Positions 22,829 through 32,823 of a DNA stretch of 64,000 nt are shown here, piece by piece (the stretch's first letter is position 1; each line of letters begins with the position of its first letter). The stretch lies in assembly GCA_963704165.1 (NCBI GenBank), contig CAVPHD010000012.1, positions 32,001 through 96,000 on the forward strand, read 5' to 3'. The DNA comes from an uncultured delta proteobacterium (GTDB taxonomy: Bacteria > Myxococcota_A > UBA9160 > SZUA-336). The translations under genes and the position numbers were made by a program. Below the pieces are notes generated by a model. It worked only from the letters and a program-made list of their open reading frames with translations, did no database searches and had not been told where the DNA came from.

Positions 22829-23071
22829 ATGGGGAAGGCGATCGGCATCCTGATGATCGTGCTCGGGGTCTGGATCGGGATGGAGATCTTCACGAAGGGA
22901 ATGGATGGCGCGTTCGGCGGCCTGTTCACGCTCGGCAGCGACCGCGAGCCGAACACGACCGCGGAGCCTCCGGTCCAGCGCATTCGCGCGCGCGTGCAGC
23001 GCGACATCACGAGCGGTCTCGCGCGTTCCGGTGCCGGCTTCGAGGCCGACGAGAGCGACGACGACGAATAG
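22829..23071 (+). CDS. Small single-TM hypothetical protein (80 aa)
   Basis: SD GAGGAG; N-terminal hydrophobic helix, acidic tail. Confidence 0.7.
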   Translation: MGKAIGILMIVLGVWIGMEIFTKGMDGAFGGLFTLGSDREPNTTAEPPVQRIRARVQRDITSGLARSGAGFEADESDDDE

Positions 23072-23097
23072 TCGCGGCGATGCACGGCGCCGTGGCG

Positions 23098-23853
23098 CTA
23101 GAGATTTCCCTTGTGCTGACCGCCGTCGATCGCGATCACGGCACCGGTGATCCAGCTCGCGCGCGGTGAGGCGGCGAAGACGATCGCGTTCGCGACCTCC
23201 TCGGCGGTGCCGAGGCGGCCCCACGGGATCGAGGCCTTGATCGCATCGTAGAAGGCCCGATTGCCGTTGCGGACCTGTTCCCACATTCCACCGGGAAACT
23301 CGATCGATCCCGGCGCGATCGTGTTCACGCGGATCTTCGCGGGTGCGAGCGCGATCGCGAGCGTCTTCGAGTGACTGATCAGCGCGGCCTTCGCGGCCGC
23401 GTACGCGGGTGGACTTCCCGCCTCGAGCGCCGACGTGGACGAGATGTGCAGGATCACGCCGCCGCCCTGCGCCTTCATCCACGGAACGACCTTCCAGCTC
23501 GCGCGTACGCTCGCCATCACGTCGACGTCGAACGAGAGCTTCCAGCCGTTCTCGTCGTCGCTGACGCCGAATCCGGAGGCATTGTTGACGAGCACGTCGA
23601 TGCGGCCGAGCGCGGCGCGCGTGCTCTCGAGAAATGCGTCGAGCTCGGCGGGCTCACCGACGTCGGCGGTCTGCGCGTGCACGTTCACGCCGAGCGCACG
23701 GATCTCCCCGGCGGTCGCTTCGAGCGCCTCCGATCCGCGCGCGCAGATCGCGAGCTGCGCGCCTTCGGCAGCGAAGGCCCGTGCGGCGGCGTGGCCGATG
23801 CCCTTGCTGCCACCGGTGATCACGACGACCTTGTCCCGAAGTCCGAGGTCCAC
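23098..23853 (-). CDS. SDR family oxidoreductase
   Basis: TGGSKGIG, LVNNA, YAAAK, RVNTIAPG, IDGG. Confidence 0.93.
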   Translation of the reverse strand: MDLGLRDKVVVITGGSKGIGHAAARAFAAEGAQLAICARGSEALEATAGEIRALGVNVHAQTADVGEPAELDAFLESTRAALGRIDVLVNNASGFGVSDDENGWKLSFDVDVMASVRASWKVVPWMKAQGGGVILHISSTSALEAGSPPAYAAAKAALISHSKTLAIALAPAKIRVNTIAPGSIEFPGGMWEQVRNGNRAFYDAIKASIPWGRLGTAEEVANAIVFAASPRASWITGAVIAIDGGQHKGNL

Positions 23854-23862
23854 AGGTCGTTC

Positions 23863-24339
23863 CTAGCTCGAGAGCAGCGCTTCGAGGTCCGGCCAGTCGA
23901 TCGAAGACTGCGCCGCGAACGCGCGCATCAAGAGCTCTCGCCGCTCGGGATCCGCGCCCTTTCGGAAATCCGCGACGATCTTCGCCAGATCGGCGGGCTT
24001 CGGACACTCGGGAGTGGCGCTCGAGAGCACACCCTTCTCGTGCTCGAGCCCGAGAGCGTCGAGCCACGCGGCGAGCAGCTCGCCGTGGTACTCGAGGAAG
24101 TACTCGGCCAGGACTTCTTCGGCCACGGCCGCCATCGCCGTACGCGAGAGCGCCTGGCGCATCCACTCGGCCTGGCGTTTGCGGGGCTGCCGGCGCAGGA
24201 AGACCGGGCGAAGCCGGAACGCGCCGGAGGCCGCGGACAGGGCGATCTCTTCGACACCGGGCGCCTGCTCGTGGATCTCGGTCAGGAACGCCAGTGCCGC
24301 CTCGGGACCCATGCGCGCGAAAATCTCGTTGGACCTCAT
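23863..24339 (-). CDS. Hypothetical protein (158 aa)
   Basis: Clean high-GC3 ORF in tandem with the SDR gene; no recognised motif. Confidence 0.7.
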   Translation of the reverse strand: MRSNEIFARMGPEAALAFLTEIHEQAPGVEEIALSAASGAFRLRPVFLRRQPRKRQAEWMRQALSRTAMAAVAEEVLAEYFLEYHGELLAAWLDALGLEHEKGVLSSATPECPKPADLAKIVADFRKGADPERRELLMRAFAAQSSIDWPDLEALLSS

Positions 24340-24390
24340 CTGGCCGGGATCATACCCGTCGCGCGCACCCCGGCCAGCCGGAGTTGCGGA

Positions 24391-24418
24391 TCAATCGACT
24401 CCGCCGCTCGGCCGATGA
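24391..24418 (+). promoter_or_regulatory. sigma28-like promoter upstream of Hpt-DGC operon
   Basis: TCAA-N16-GCCGATGA. Confidence 0.5.
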
Positions 24419-24464
24419 GATCCCGACGGGAACCCCTCCGATTCGGACGGGCGGAGATTCAACC

Positions 24465-24777
24465 ATGGATCCGATCCGAAGCAGCTACGAATCCGATCCG
24501 GACATGATCGAGATCGTCTGCGACTTCGCGCGCGAGTTGCCGGCGCGTGCGGCCAAGGTCGAGGCGCTGCGTCGAGGCGCGATCGTTCTCCGATCTGCAG
24601 ACGCTCGCGCACCAGCTCAAGGGCGCGGGCGGCGGCTACGGCTTCGCGCAGATCACGGAGGCCGCGGGACGCCTCGAACAGACCCTGAAGTCCGGCGCGT
24701 CGGACACGCTGACGAAGGACTGCGCCGTGGAGCTCTGCGCGATCCTGCGCGCCGTCGTGGTGCCGGAGACGCGTTGA
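24465..24777 (+). CDS. Stand-alone Hpt domain protein (apparent +1 frameshift near 24570)
   Basis: MDPIRSSYESDPDMIEIVCDFARELP continues in another frame as LQTLAHQLKGAGGGYGF (HxLKG). Confidence 0.85.
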
Positions 24778-25746
24778 ATCCACAGGTCCCCAATCCCAAT
24801 CGCGTGCTCGTGATCGACGACGAGGAATCGATCCACAAGCTCGTCGTCGCGCGGCTTCGGCCCGAAGGGCTCGAGGTGATCAGCGAGTTCGACGGCGAGC
24901 GCGGAATCGAGCGCGCGGTCTCGGGCCAGCCGGACGTGATCCTGCTCGACATCGGACTGCCCAACGTCGACGGCTTCGAGGTCTGTCGGCGCCTGAAGGA
25001 GCATCCGTCCACGCGCAACATCCCGATCATCTTCCTGACCGGCACGACCGACACCGAGTCGAAGGTGCGCGGGCTCGACCTCGGTGCCGTCGACTACGTG
25101 ACCAAGCCCTTCGATCAGGTCGAGCTGCGCGCGCGCGTGCGCGCGGCGCTCCGCACCAAGCGTCTGCAGGACATCCTCGAGCAGCAGTCGTTCCTCGACG
25201 GACTCACGGGTCTCTGGAACCGCTCCTACCTCGACCGCAGGCTCGAAGCGGAGCTCAACGTCGCGCGGCGCTACGGACGGCCGCTGACGCTCGTGCTCGC
25301 CGACGTCGATCACTTCAAACGCGTGAACGACAGCTACGGGCACCTCTTCGGCGACATCGTGCTGCAGGGCATCGCCGAGGGCCTGCGCGCCTACGCGCGA
25401 CGCTCCGACATCGTCGCGCGCTACGGCGGCGAGGAGTTCGCGATCCTGCTCACCGACACGACGCTTGCGAGCCGCCGTCCACGTCTCGGAGCGCTTGCGC
25501 ATGTCCGCGGAGAGCCGCCACTTCGAGGCGCGCTCGGAGGTCGTGAGCGTGACGGCGAGCTTCGGTGTCGCGTGCAGCGAGGAGATCGGCAGCGAGCTCA
25601 CGCCCGAGGAGCTGATCCGCGCCGCCGACCTGGCGCTCTACGCGTCCAAGGACGCCGGGCGCAATTGCGTGCACATGTACCGAAACGGAGAGCTGATCCT
25701 GACGACCGGCGATCCGGAAGCTCTCGAGCGCTCCGAAGAGGAATAG
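24774..25746 (+). CDS. Receiver-GGDEF diguanylate cyclase (apparent +1 frameshift near 25467)
   Basis: RVLVIDD...DVILLDIGLP receiver; DGLTGLWNR, DVDHFKRVNDSYGH, RRSDIVARYGGEEF; second frame VTASFGVA...ADLALYASKDAGRN. Confidence 0.9.
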
Positions 25747-25806
25747 AGCAGCCGCGCGCGGACTTCGGCTAGCCGCGCCCGGGGGCATTGTGCGAGGTTC
25801 TTCGTC

Positions 25807-26595
25807 GTGAGCGCAGCGACCCCGTTTCGATTTCATCTGCCGCTCGATCTACGCGAGCCGGTCGTGATTCTCGCGTACGCGGGCTGGAACGACGGAGGTG
25901 AAGCGGCGACGACGGCGGTGGCGCATCTGCTCGAGACGTTCAGCGCGCGCAAGGTCGCGACGCTCGAGATGGAGGAGTTCGTCGACTATACGGTCGTGCG
26001 CCCGCACGTGCGTCTCTCCGATGCCGGCGAGCGGCAGATCCGATGGCCCGACCACGAGTTCTTCGCGATCCGCTCCGAGACGAGTCCGTTCGATCTCGTC
26101 GTCGGCCTCGGCGTCGAGCCGCATCTGCGCTGGCGTGCGTTCTCGGCCGCGATCGTCGATCTCGTCGATCGGATCGACGCGAAGCTCGTGATCCTGCTCG
26201 GCGCATTCCTCGACGAGGTCATCTATTCGCAACCGATCCAGGTGATCGGCGGTAGCACGAATCCCGAACTCGTCTCGCGATTGGAGCTCCCACCGTCGCG
26301 CTACGAGGGACCGACCGGAATCGTCGGCGTGCTCGGTGACGCGCTGCAGGTCGCAGAGGTCCCCACGCTCTCGCTCTGGGCGCGGCTGCCGCACTACGTG
26401 CAGGAGCTTCCGAACTCACGCGCCGCGCTGGCGCTCTTGCAGCGAGTCGAAGCAACCACCGGCTTCCCGCTCGACAAGACGGCGCTCGAGAGCGCGGCGG
26501 CGACCTTCGATCAGGAGGTCTCGGAAGCGATCGCCGCCGATCCACAGCTCTCCGCCTACGTGCGCGAGCTGAAGCGTCGCGCGTTCTCGCAGTAG
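25807..26595 (+). CDS. PAC2 family (proteasome assembly chaperone-like) protein
   Basis: AYAGWNDGGEAA, GVEPHLRWRAF, SRYEGPTGIVGVL, SLWARLPHYV. Confidence 0.85.
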   Translation: MSAATPFRFHLPLDLREPVVILAYAGWNDGGEAATTAVAHLLETFSARKVATLEMEEFVDYTVVRPHVRLSDAGERQIRWPDHEFFAIRSETSPFDLVVGLGVEPHLRWRAFSAAIVDLVDRIDAKLVILLGAFLDEVIYSQPIQVIGGSTNPELVSRLELPPSRYEGPTGIVGVLGDALQVAEVPTLSLWARLPHYVQELPNSRAALALLQRVEATTGFPLDKTALESAAATFDQEVSEAIAADPQLSAYVRELKRRAFSQ

Positions 26596-26607
26596 GCGCA
26601 GAGCGCG

Positions 26608-27460
26608 CTAGAACAGCTGCTCGAAGATGCGTCGAGTCGCGGGCGAGCGATTCAGCGTGTAGAAGTGCAGACCGGGCGCGCCGCGCCGCAGCAGCTCGCG
26701 GCATTGCGCGGTCGCCCACTCGATGCCGATCTCGAGCGTGCGCTCGTCGTCGGATCCCGCTTCGTCGAGCGCACGGCCGAGCACTTCGGGAATGCGTGCA
26801 CCGCAGAGCGTGGTCATGCGCCGGATCGAGGCCGTGCTCACGACCGGCATGATTCCCGGGACGATCGGCACCGTGATGCCAGCCGCGCGCGCGCGCGCGA
26901 CGAAGTCGAAGTAGTCCGCATCGTCGAAGAAGAGCTGCGTGATCAGGAAATCGACGCCCGCCCCCACCTTCTGCACCAGCATCGCGAGGTCGTGCTCGGG
27001 ACTCGGGGCGCTCGGGTGCTTCTCGGGGTAGCACGCGGCCCCGACGCAGAACTGCTTTCGCGGACGGATCAGCTCGACGAGCTCGTTCGCGTAGCGCAGC
27101 GAGCCGGGCGCCGGCTGGTAGTTCGTCGGGCTGGTCGCCGCCGAGCGCGAGCACGTTCTCGATTCCCGCGGCCTCGAGCTGATCGAGGGTCCCGCCCAGA
27201 TCTTCGCGCGTCGAGCCAACGCAGGAGAGATGCGCCATCGCGGTGAGGCCGATCTCGTCCTGGATGCGAGTGACCAGTTCCACCGTCTTGCGCCGCGTGG
27301 AGCCACCCGCGCCCCAGGTCACCGACACGAACGCCGGCGAGAGCCCCTCGAGCTCGGCGATCGTGCGGAAGAGCGAATCGAATCCCCCGTCCGTCTTCGG
27401 AGGGAAGAACTCGAACGAGATCACGGGCGATCCCTTGCCGAAGCGCTCCGCGATTCTCAT
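26608..27460 (-). CDS. metF: 5,10-methylenetetrahydrofolate reductase (apparent +1 frameshift near 27130)
   Basis: ISFEFFPPKT, FVSVTWGAGGST, MAHLSC; second frame ACYPEKH, ITQLFFD, PGIMP, GLHFYTLN. Confidence 0.93.
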
Positions 27461-27491
27461 GACTTCTCCGCCAGCGCGCGCCTGTCGCGCC

Positions 27492-27519
27492 TCAAGACGA
27501 CTCGAAACGACTCCGATTC
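27492..27519 (+). promoter_or_regulatory. sigma28-like promoter upstream of PilZ gene
   Basis: TCAA-N16-TCCGATTC. Confidence 0.45.
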
Positions 27520-27527
27520 TATCCGGA

Positions 27528-27881
27528 GTGAGAGTATCCGCGCGCGCACGACGACGAGTCCTCACCTCGCGCGTTCCGATCCGCTTCATGGCGGAGGGAA
27601 CCGAGGGACTCGGTCACTTGAAGAACGTCTCGCGCTCCGGAATGTGCGTGCGCTCCGTGGACATCCCGCGACCCGGCGTGGCGATCGCGCTTCAGTTCGA
27701 GCTGCCGACGACGGGAGCGCTCGTGGATCTGCGCGGCGAGGTGCGGTGGAGCAGCGACCGGCTGAGCACGGTCGGCCTTCAGTCGGGGTTCGGCGTGCTC
27801 CTGCACGAGCCGCCTCCGCAGTTCCGTGAGTTCCTCCGCTGGGCGATCGAGCAGCTCGAGAAGGAAGACGGGCGCCCGTAG
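27528..27881 (+). CDS. PilZ domain protein
   Basis: RARRR (RxxxR) and NVSRSG (D/NxSxxG), GEVRW, GFGV; start uncertain. Confidence 0.8.
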   Translation: MRVSARARRRVLTSRVPIRFMAEGTEGLGHLKNVSRSGMCVRSVDIPRPGVAIALQFELPTTGALVDLRGEVRWSSDRLSTVGLQSGFGVLLHEPPPQFREFLRWAIEQLEKEDGRP

Positions 27882-27894
27882 CTTCGGCTGTGCT

Positions 27895-28587
27895 ATGCAG
27901 GCGCGCATGCCGCGCCCGGGCACCGATCGGCTGATCCTCCCGCTCGACGTCGATTCGCTCGCGCAGGCGCTGCCCTGGGTTGCTCGCCTGCGCGGCTGCG
28001 TCGGGATCTTCAAGGTCGGGCTCGAGCTCTTCTCGGCCGCCGGGCCCGAAGCCGTTCGTGCGGTGCGCGACGCGAGCGGCGCCGGCGTCTTCCTCGACGT
28101 GAAGCTCCACGACATTCCTGCGACCGTCGAGGGCGCGGCGCGAGCGCTTCGCGGACTCGGTCCGGCGATGCTCACGGTGCACACCTCCGGGGGCAAGGCG
28201 ATGCTCGAAGCGGCCGTGCGCGGCGCGGGTCCGGACGTGCTCGTGCTCGGAGTCACGAAGCTCACGAGCCTGCACGCGTCCATCGACGAGATCTGCGACC
28301 TCGCAGGCCAGGCACGCGACGCCGGATGTGGGGGGATCGTCTGCTCCGGGGCCGAGGCGGCGGCGGTTCGCCGGGCCGTCGGTCCGGCGCTGCGGATCGT
28401 CTGCCCCGGAGTCCGCCCGATCGGCGGCGATGCAGGTGACCAGGCGCGGGTCGTCACGGCAACGGCTGCGATCGAAGCGGGCGCCGACTACGTCGTCTGC
28501 GGCCGGCCGATTCGCGACGCCGCCGATCCCGTGGCCGCGGCGAACGCGATCGCCGACGAGATCGCGCGCGCCCTCGCGAAGCGCTGA
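27895..28587 (+). CDS. pyrF: Orotidine-5'-phosphate decarboxylase
   Basis: LILPLD, FKVGLE, FLDVKLHDIPATV, CPGVR, DQARV, VCGRPI; alternative ATG at 27907. Confidence 0.95.
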   Translation: MQARMPRPGTDRLILPLDVDSLAQALPWVARLRGCVGIFKVGLELFSAAGPEAVRAVRDASGAGVFLDVKLHDIPATVEGAARALRGLGPAMLTVHTSGGKAMLEAAVRGAGPDVLVLGVTKLTSLHASIDEICDLAGQARDAGCGGIVCSGAEAAAVRRAVGPALRIVCPGVRPIGGDAGDQARVVTATAAIEAGADYVVCGRPIRDAADPVAAANAIADEIARALAKR

Positions 28588-28594
28588 CCCCAAA

Positions 28595-28639
28595 CGAAAC
28601 CGGCCGGGGACCCCCGCGTGGAGATCCCCGGCCGTTTCG
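28595..28639. terminator. Bidirectional terminator-like hairpin between pyrF and pilY1
   Basis: CGAAAC-CGGCCGGGGA...TCCCCGGCCG-TTTCG. Confidence 0.65.
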
Positions 28640-28654
28640 CCTCGGACGTTCGAG

Positions 28655-31600
28655 CTAGAAGTTCTGGCGCCAGTAGATCATGTCGACCGGATCCAGCGTC
28701 AGACCGCCACCGTCGGGGTTCGTGACCTCGCCCGTAGACGTCTGCGCGGTGATCCGCACGATGATCCGGCCCGTCGAGTCGCGCGAGACGGTGATGCGCG
28801 GATCCGTCGGCGCGCCATTTCCGATGATTCGCGTGCGCACCATTTGGTTGACGTTGACCGGATCGTTCAGCGCAGCCGCTCCGTCGTCGAGCGACCAGGC
28901 CCATTCCGCCGTCTTGCCGCCGATGTAGCAGTTCGCGGAGGCGACGGCGCCCGGCTCGTCCGGAGTGTACGAGACGGTCGCCACGTTCCCGCTGAAGATC
29001 AGGTGGTTCGTGATGAACTTCTCGCCATCCGGCACACGGAAGAAGTAGCCCTCGTCCGTCGTGTTCGGATCGGTCGCCAGTCCCGTCATGTCCGTCAGCC
29101 GGCCGTGGCCGGACAGCGGTACCGTGGCGGGCCAGAGCGGCTCCTCGTAGATCGGGTACGTCACCGGGAATGCACCCGCACCCGTCGGCGTTCGATCCTT
29201 CAGCACCCAGAAGCGGTTGTTGTCGTCGTACCGGCCGACGAGGCTGTTCGGATCGTTCGGGTCCTCCTCGCCGCGATAGCCGAGGTTCGCGCGCTCGCCG
29301 CTCGCGAAGCTCAGCGTGAGGATGCGGTTGTTGAACGCCGCGGCCGCGCTCTGGAAGATGCTGTGGTAGTGGAGGACGCCTCCGGACGTCGTCGCGACCG
29401 GCGACTCGAAGATCACGCCGGCCGGCCAGGTCGAGTTCGGCACCACGCCCGCGACCGGCACGCCGACCTCCGACAGGTCCCACTTCCACATCTGTCCGCC
29501 GAGATCGCCGATGTACACGACGTCCGCGAACCCGTCGAAGTTCAGGTCGAGGACCGCCGGCTCCGCCGGGATCGCGTACCGCATCTTCGAGAAGGTCGCG
29601 CTGTTCGGATCCTGCGACAGACGCGCGAGGATCGTCCCGTCCTTGACGCGCACGATGTAGACGCCGCGTCCCTTCGTGGTGTAGGAGCCGGAGTTCGGAT
29701 CGTTCGTGTAGGACGCCAGGTTCGGATCACCCTGGGCCCGATAGCCGGCACCGAAGATCGCGACCCACTCCTCGATGCAGTCGCCGTCGCCGTTGTCGAG
29801 GCCACAGCGATCTCCGTAGCTGAGACCCGCGCGCAGCTTCACGCGCGTGAGGACCGGCTTGGACCAGGTCTCACCCAGACCCGCGTGCGTGAACTCCCAC
29901 ATGAAGCGCGGGTACGGGCCGTGATAGCCGGCCGTCGCGGTCGGATCCGTCACGTCGAGCGCGAGCACGCTCTCGCCGCCCTCGCGAAGCGGGGTGAGCA
30001 GGACCGTGGTCCAGTCCGTGCCCTCCTTCGTCCCGTTCATGTTGTAGTCGATCCAGACGTCCGCAGCGGCCGCGGCGCCATCGACGGTGTAGATCTTTCC
30101 GTTGTCCCACTTCGGCAGGTCCTTGATCTTCGAGAGCACTCCGCCGGGGATGTAGGCGAAGCGCTCCGTCCCGTCGCCGGCCGAGTAGTACTCGTCGCCG
30201 GTCACGCTCGGGCTCGGATCGACGAAGCTGCCGGCCGAGAAGGCGTGCAGCATGCCGTCGTTGGCGCCGACGTACATGACGCGGTCGCGGTACTTGTGCG
30301 TGTACATGAAGGTTCCGCTCGTGGTCTGCGGTCCGTAGCCCGTCTCGTTGCGCAGGTAGGTGAGCGCCGGGCCGATCGCCAGCGGGTTGGAGTGGAAGAT
30401 GTCGCCGAGCACGAACTCGCGCGGATCCGTGGTCGAGAGGTCTTCGTCCTCGTCGAAGGCGTCGAGGCCGTGCGTGAAGTTCACGATCGCGTCGGCGAGC
30501 TGCTCGGCGGTCGTGAAGTCGATCACGGCCGGATCCTGCGGGAACTGAGGCTCTTCCGAGAGAGCCACGCCGAGATCGGTCGCCGTGATCCCCGCCACCG
30601 TGAACGGCGCGCGGGCACTGGACTTGGTCGTGTAGATCGTGCGCGAGTTGTAGGCCGCGAGCAGCGTGTCGGATGCGTCCCAGAAGGGATTGCGCGGCTC
30701 GTAGAACAGGTTGGTCAGCGGATCGATCGCCGGCGAATTGGCCGCGTCGACGACGGTCAACGTCTCGTCCACACGGAACGCCTGGAGGTGTCCCGGCCAG
30801 AGCGATCGGCGACCGCCCGGCGCGAAGTACGCCGTATAGAAGCCGTCGCCGTACAGGGTGCGGCTCGCGGGAACGTTCGCCGCCGTCAGCGTCGCGTTGC
30901 GCCGCAGGATGTCGGTGACCGCGGTGCTCAGCACCGCGGCGAGCTCGTCGGCGTCGCTCGACGAGTAGTACTCGCCGTCGCCGCGATCGGCCGCGTGCTG
31001 AAGGAGGGGCGAGTCGAGCGAGAAGCCGACCGTGTAGGTGATGGCGTTCTGGGTGCCGGTGATCGTCGGACGCAGATCGGTGGCGAAAAGATAGGCCGCC
31101 ACGTCGTCCGTGTAGTCGCCGTCGCCGTCGATGAAGGGACCGATCGTGTTCGTGAAGGAGGTGCCGTGGTGGTTGTTCGCGTCCGAGGTCGGCAGACCGT
31201 CGGTCACGACGACGATGAAGATCTTGTCGCACTGGGTGGCGACGGGGCTCTGCGGCGCGGACGAGGCCGTCACCGTGGAGCCGCTCGTGTTGCGGTTGTA
31301 CTGAGCGTACCAGCCGGGCGACGTCCCGAGCCGGCTCGCGCCGGCGAGGTAGCGACCGACGTCGACGAGTGTTTCGGAAAGCGGCGTGGAGCCCGAAGCC
31401 GGCATCACGGCGACCTGCGCGAGCAGGGAGACCTTGTTGTTCAGGTCGGCCGGGACGACGACGTAGCCGCCGTTGCTGGCCGAACCGTCGTAGCGCGCGA
31501 GCCCGAACTTGACCTTCGGATCCTGACCGTCGACGTTCATCTCGTTGACCAGCGCCGTCACCGCCTGCTTTGCGGCCGCGAGGCGATCCTGGGCGATGAA

Positions 31601-32290
31601 CGGAACCGGCGTGTTCCCCTTGTAGATCTCGTTCATCATCCAGAACAGGTAGTTCGGCGGATACATCGTCGTCGACGTGTACGAGAGGTCGGGCGTGGTG
31701 ATCGTGGTGAAGGACTGGGTCACCGTGCTGCCACCCTCTCGGCGGCGCGCGCGGTTCGTCGTCGAGCAGCTGAACGCGGACGGGACGTCCGTGCAGCCGC
31801 CCGGCACGTTCCAGCACTTGATCACACTGCCGCTCGAGACCAGGCTGTTGAAGTCGTCGTCGTCGGGGCACGACGGCTGCGAGCCCGGATTCAGCGCGCT
31901 CATGCAGACGGCCTGCGAGTACCCGCTGTTCGAGGACGACGGGAAGATCTGGCAGGTCCGCTCGTAGTTCTCGGTGCTCGTGCCGTTGCCCGTGCCGCTG
32001 TTTTCCCAGTTGTTCGGCGACGTCGAGACGTCGCGGTACACCGCGGGGTGTGTGGAGCTGTCGTTGACCGGCCAGTGGAACCAGTTCTCGGGATTCGAGT
32101 TGCCCCGGTCCTCCCGGTACTTGGTCGAGAGGACGATCTGGCGCATCGACCCCGAGGTGTCGAACTGGATCATCACGACGGGCGGCACGCGACGCAGGAG
32201 GATGTCGAGATCTCCCTGCGCGCGCGCATCGAGCGCGCACGTGAGTGCCACGAAGAGCGCGATCGCTCGAGCGAGGTTTCGGATCGTCAT
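28655..32290 (-). CDS. pilY1: PilY1/PilC type IV pilus tip adhesin with vWA domain
   Basis: Signal peptide; MIDAS DTSGSM...TPLSETL...VTDG; LGDIFHSNP, YVGANDGMLHAF, ERFAYIP, VDG, LGETWSKP, DLNFDGFADVVYIGDLGGQMWKWD, C-terminal YWRQ. Confidence 0.92.
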   Translation of the reverse strand: MTIRNLARAIALFVALTCALDARAQGDLDILLRRVPPVVMIQFDTSGSMRQIVLSTKYREDRGNSNPENWFHWPVNDSSTHPAVYRDVSTSPNNWENSGTGNGTSTENYERTCQIFPSSSNSGYSQAVCMSALNPGSQPSCPDDDDFNSLVSSGSVIKCWNVPGGCTDVPSAFSCSTTNRARRREGGSTVTQSFTTITTPDLSYTSTTMYPPNYLFWMMNEIYKGNTPVPFIAQDRLAAAKQAVTALVNEMNVDGQDPKVKFGLARYDGSASNGGYVVVPADLNNKVSLLAQVAVMPASGSTPLSETLVDVGRYLAGASRLGTSPGWYAQYNRNTSGSTVTASSAPQSPVATQCDKIFIVVVTDGLPTSDANNHHGTSFTNTIGPFIDGDGDYTDDVAAYLFATDLRPTITGTQNAITYTVGFSLDSPLLQHAADRGDGEYYSSSDADELAAVLSTAVTDILRRNATLTAANVPASRTLYGDGFYTAYFAPGGRRSLWPGHLQAFRVDETLTVVDAANSPAIDPLTNLFYEPRNPFWDASDTLLAAYNSRTIYTTKSSARAPFTVAGITATDLGVALSEEPQFPQDPAVIDFTTAEQLADAIVNFTHGLDAFDEDEDLSTTDPREFVLGDIFHSNPLAIGPALTYLRNETGYGPQTTSGTFMYTHKYRDRVMYVGANDGMLHAFSAGSFVDPSPSVTGDEYYSAGDGTERFAYIPGGVLSKIKDLPKWDNGKIYTVDGAAAAADVWIDYNMNGTKEGTDWTTVLLTPLREGGESVLALDVTDPTATAGYHGPYPRFMWEFTHAGLGETWSKPVLTRVKLRAGLSYGDRCGLDNGDGDCIEEWVAIFGAGYRAQGDPNLASYTNDPNSGSYTTKGRGVYIVRVKDGTILARLSQDPNSATFSKMRYAIPAEPAVLDLNFDGFADVVYIGDLGGQMWKWDLSEVGVPVAGVVPNSTWPAGVIFESPVATTSGGVLHYHSIFQSAAAAFNNRILTLSFASGERANLGYRGEEDPNDPNSLVGRYDDNNRFWVLKDRTPTGAGAFPVTYPIYEEPLWPATVPLSGHGRLTDMTGLATDPNTTDEGYFFRVPDGEKFITNHLIFSGNVATVSYTPDEPGAVASANCYIGGKTAEWAWSLDDGAAALNDPVNVNQMVRTRIIGNGAPTDPRITVSRDSTGRIIVRITAQTSTGEVTNPDGGGLTLDPVDMIYWRQNF

Positions 32291-32823
32291 TGGTACTGTC
32301 CTCCGCCGCCACCCTCATGAAGTCTGTATTGCGCCTGCAAATGAACCGTTCCGTTGCCGGCGTTCGTCGCGACGATGTCGGCGCGGACCGCAGCAAAGGA
32401 CTGGGCGTTGCCGCTGCCGAGGTTCAGCATGAACCCGTCGGGAGCCTCGGCGGTCGCCCCGCTGCCGCCGCCGATCGCCTCGGCGACGGCGTTCTCGGGC
32501 CGACCCGAGCGAACCGCGATCGGATTGCCGAACCCGTCGTTGACCAGGCCCGGGTCGTCGATCGTGAACGCCGGCGTCGTTCCGCCGTTGTAGTTCGCGA
32601 GCAGATTGGCCTGCACGAGAGCAAGTCCCGCCTCGCCCGCGTAGAGCGTCGCGTCCTTCCGCCGGGAGCTTCCGCTCGCCGACGCCTCGTCCTGTGCGTG
32701 CTGCAGCGCCGTGATTCCGAGCGCGCTCATCAGCAGCAGGAGGACGACGGCGACCAGGAGCGCGGCTCCGCGCTCGTCGCGCAGCGTCTCCGAGGCCGTT
32801 CGAGTGACTCGCAGCGTGTTCAT
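32287..32823 (-). CDS. pilX: PilX-like minor pilin
   Basis: DERGAALLVAVVLLLLMSALG, ATLYAGEAGL; position in cluster. Confidence 0.8.
   Translation of the reverse strand: MNTLRVTRTASETLRDERGAALLVAVVLLLLMSALGITALQHAQDEASASGSSRRKDATLYAGEAGLALVQANLLANYNGGTTPAFTIDDPGLVNDGFGNPIAVRSGRPENAVAEAIGGGSGATAEAPDGFMLNLGSGNAQSFAAVRADIVATNAGNGTVHLQAQYRLHEGGGGGQYQ

Noticed and set aside
30975..30990. RGD tripeptide in PilY1 as an integrin-binding site
   Set aside because: Falls in the conserved A..GxG.YY segment of the vWA domain; likely coincidental
28328..32320. 1330-aa plus-strand ORF and other long antisense ORFs (3542-5851, 52092-54392, most of 16361-19486 and 37090-39732)
   Set aside because: Shadow frames of real high-GC genes; Arg-rich with no motifs
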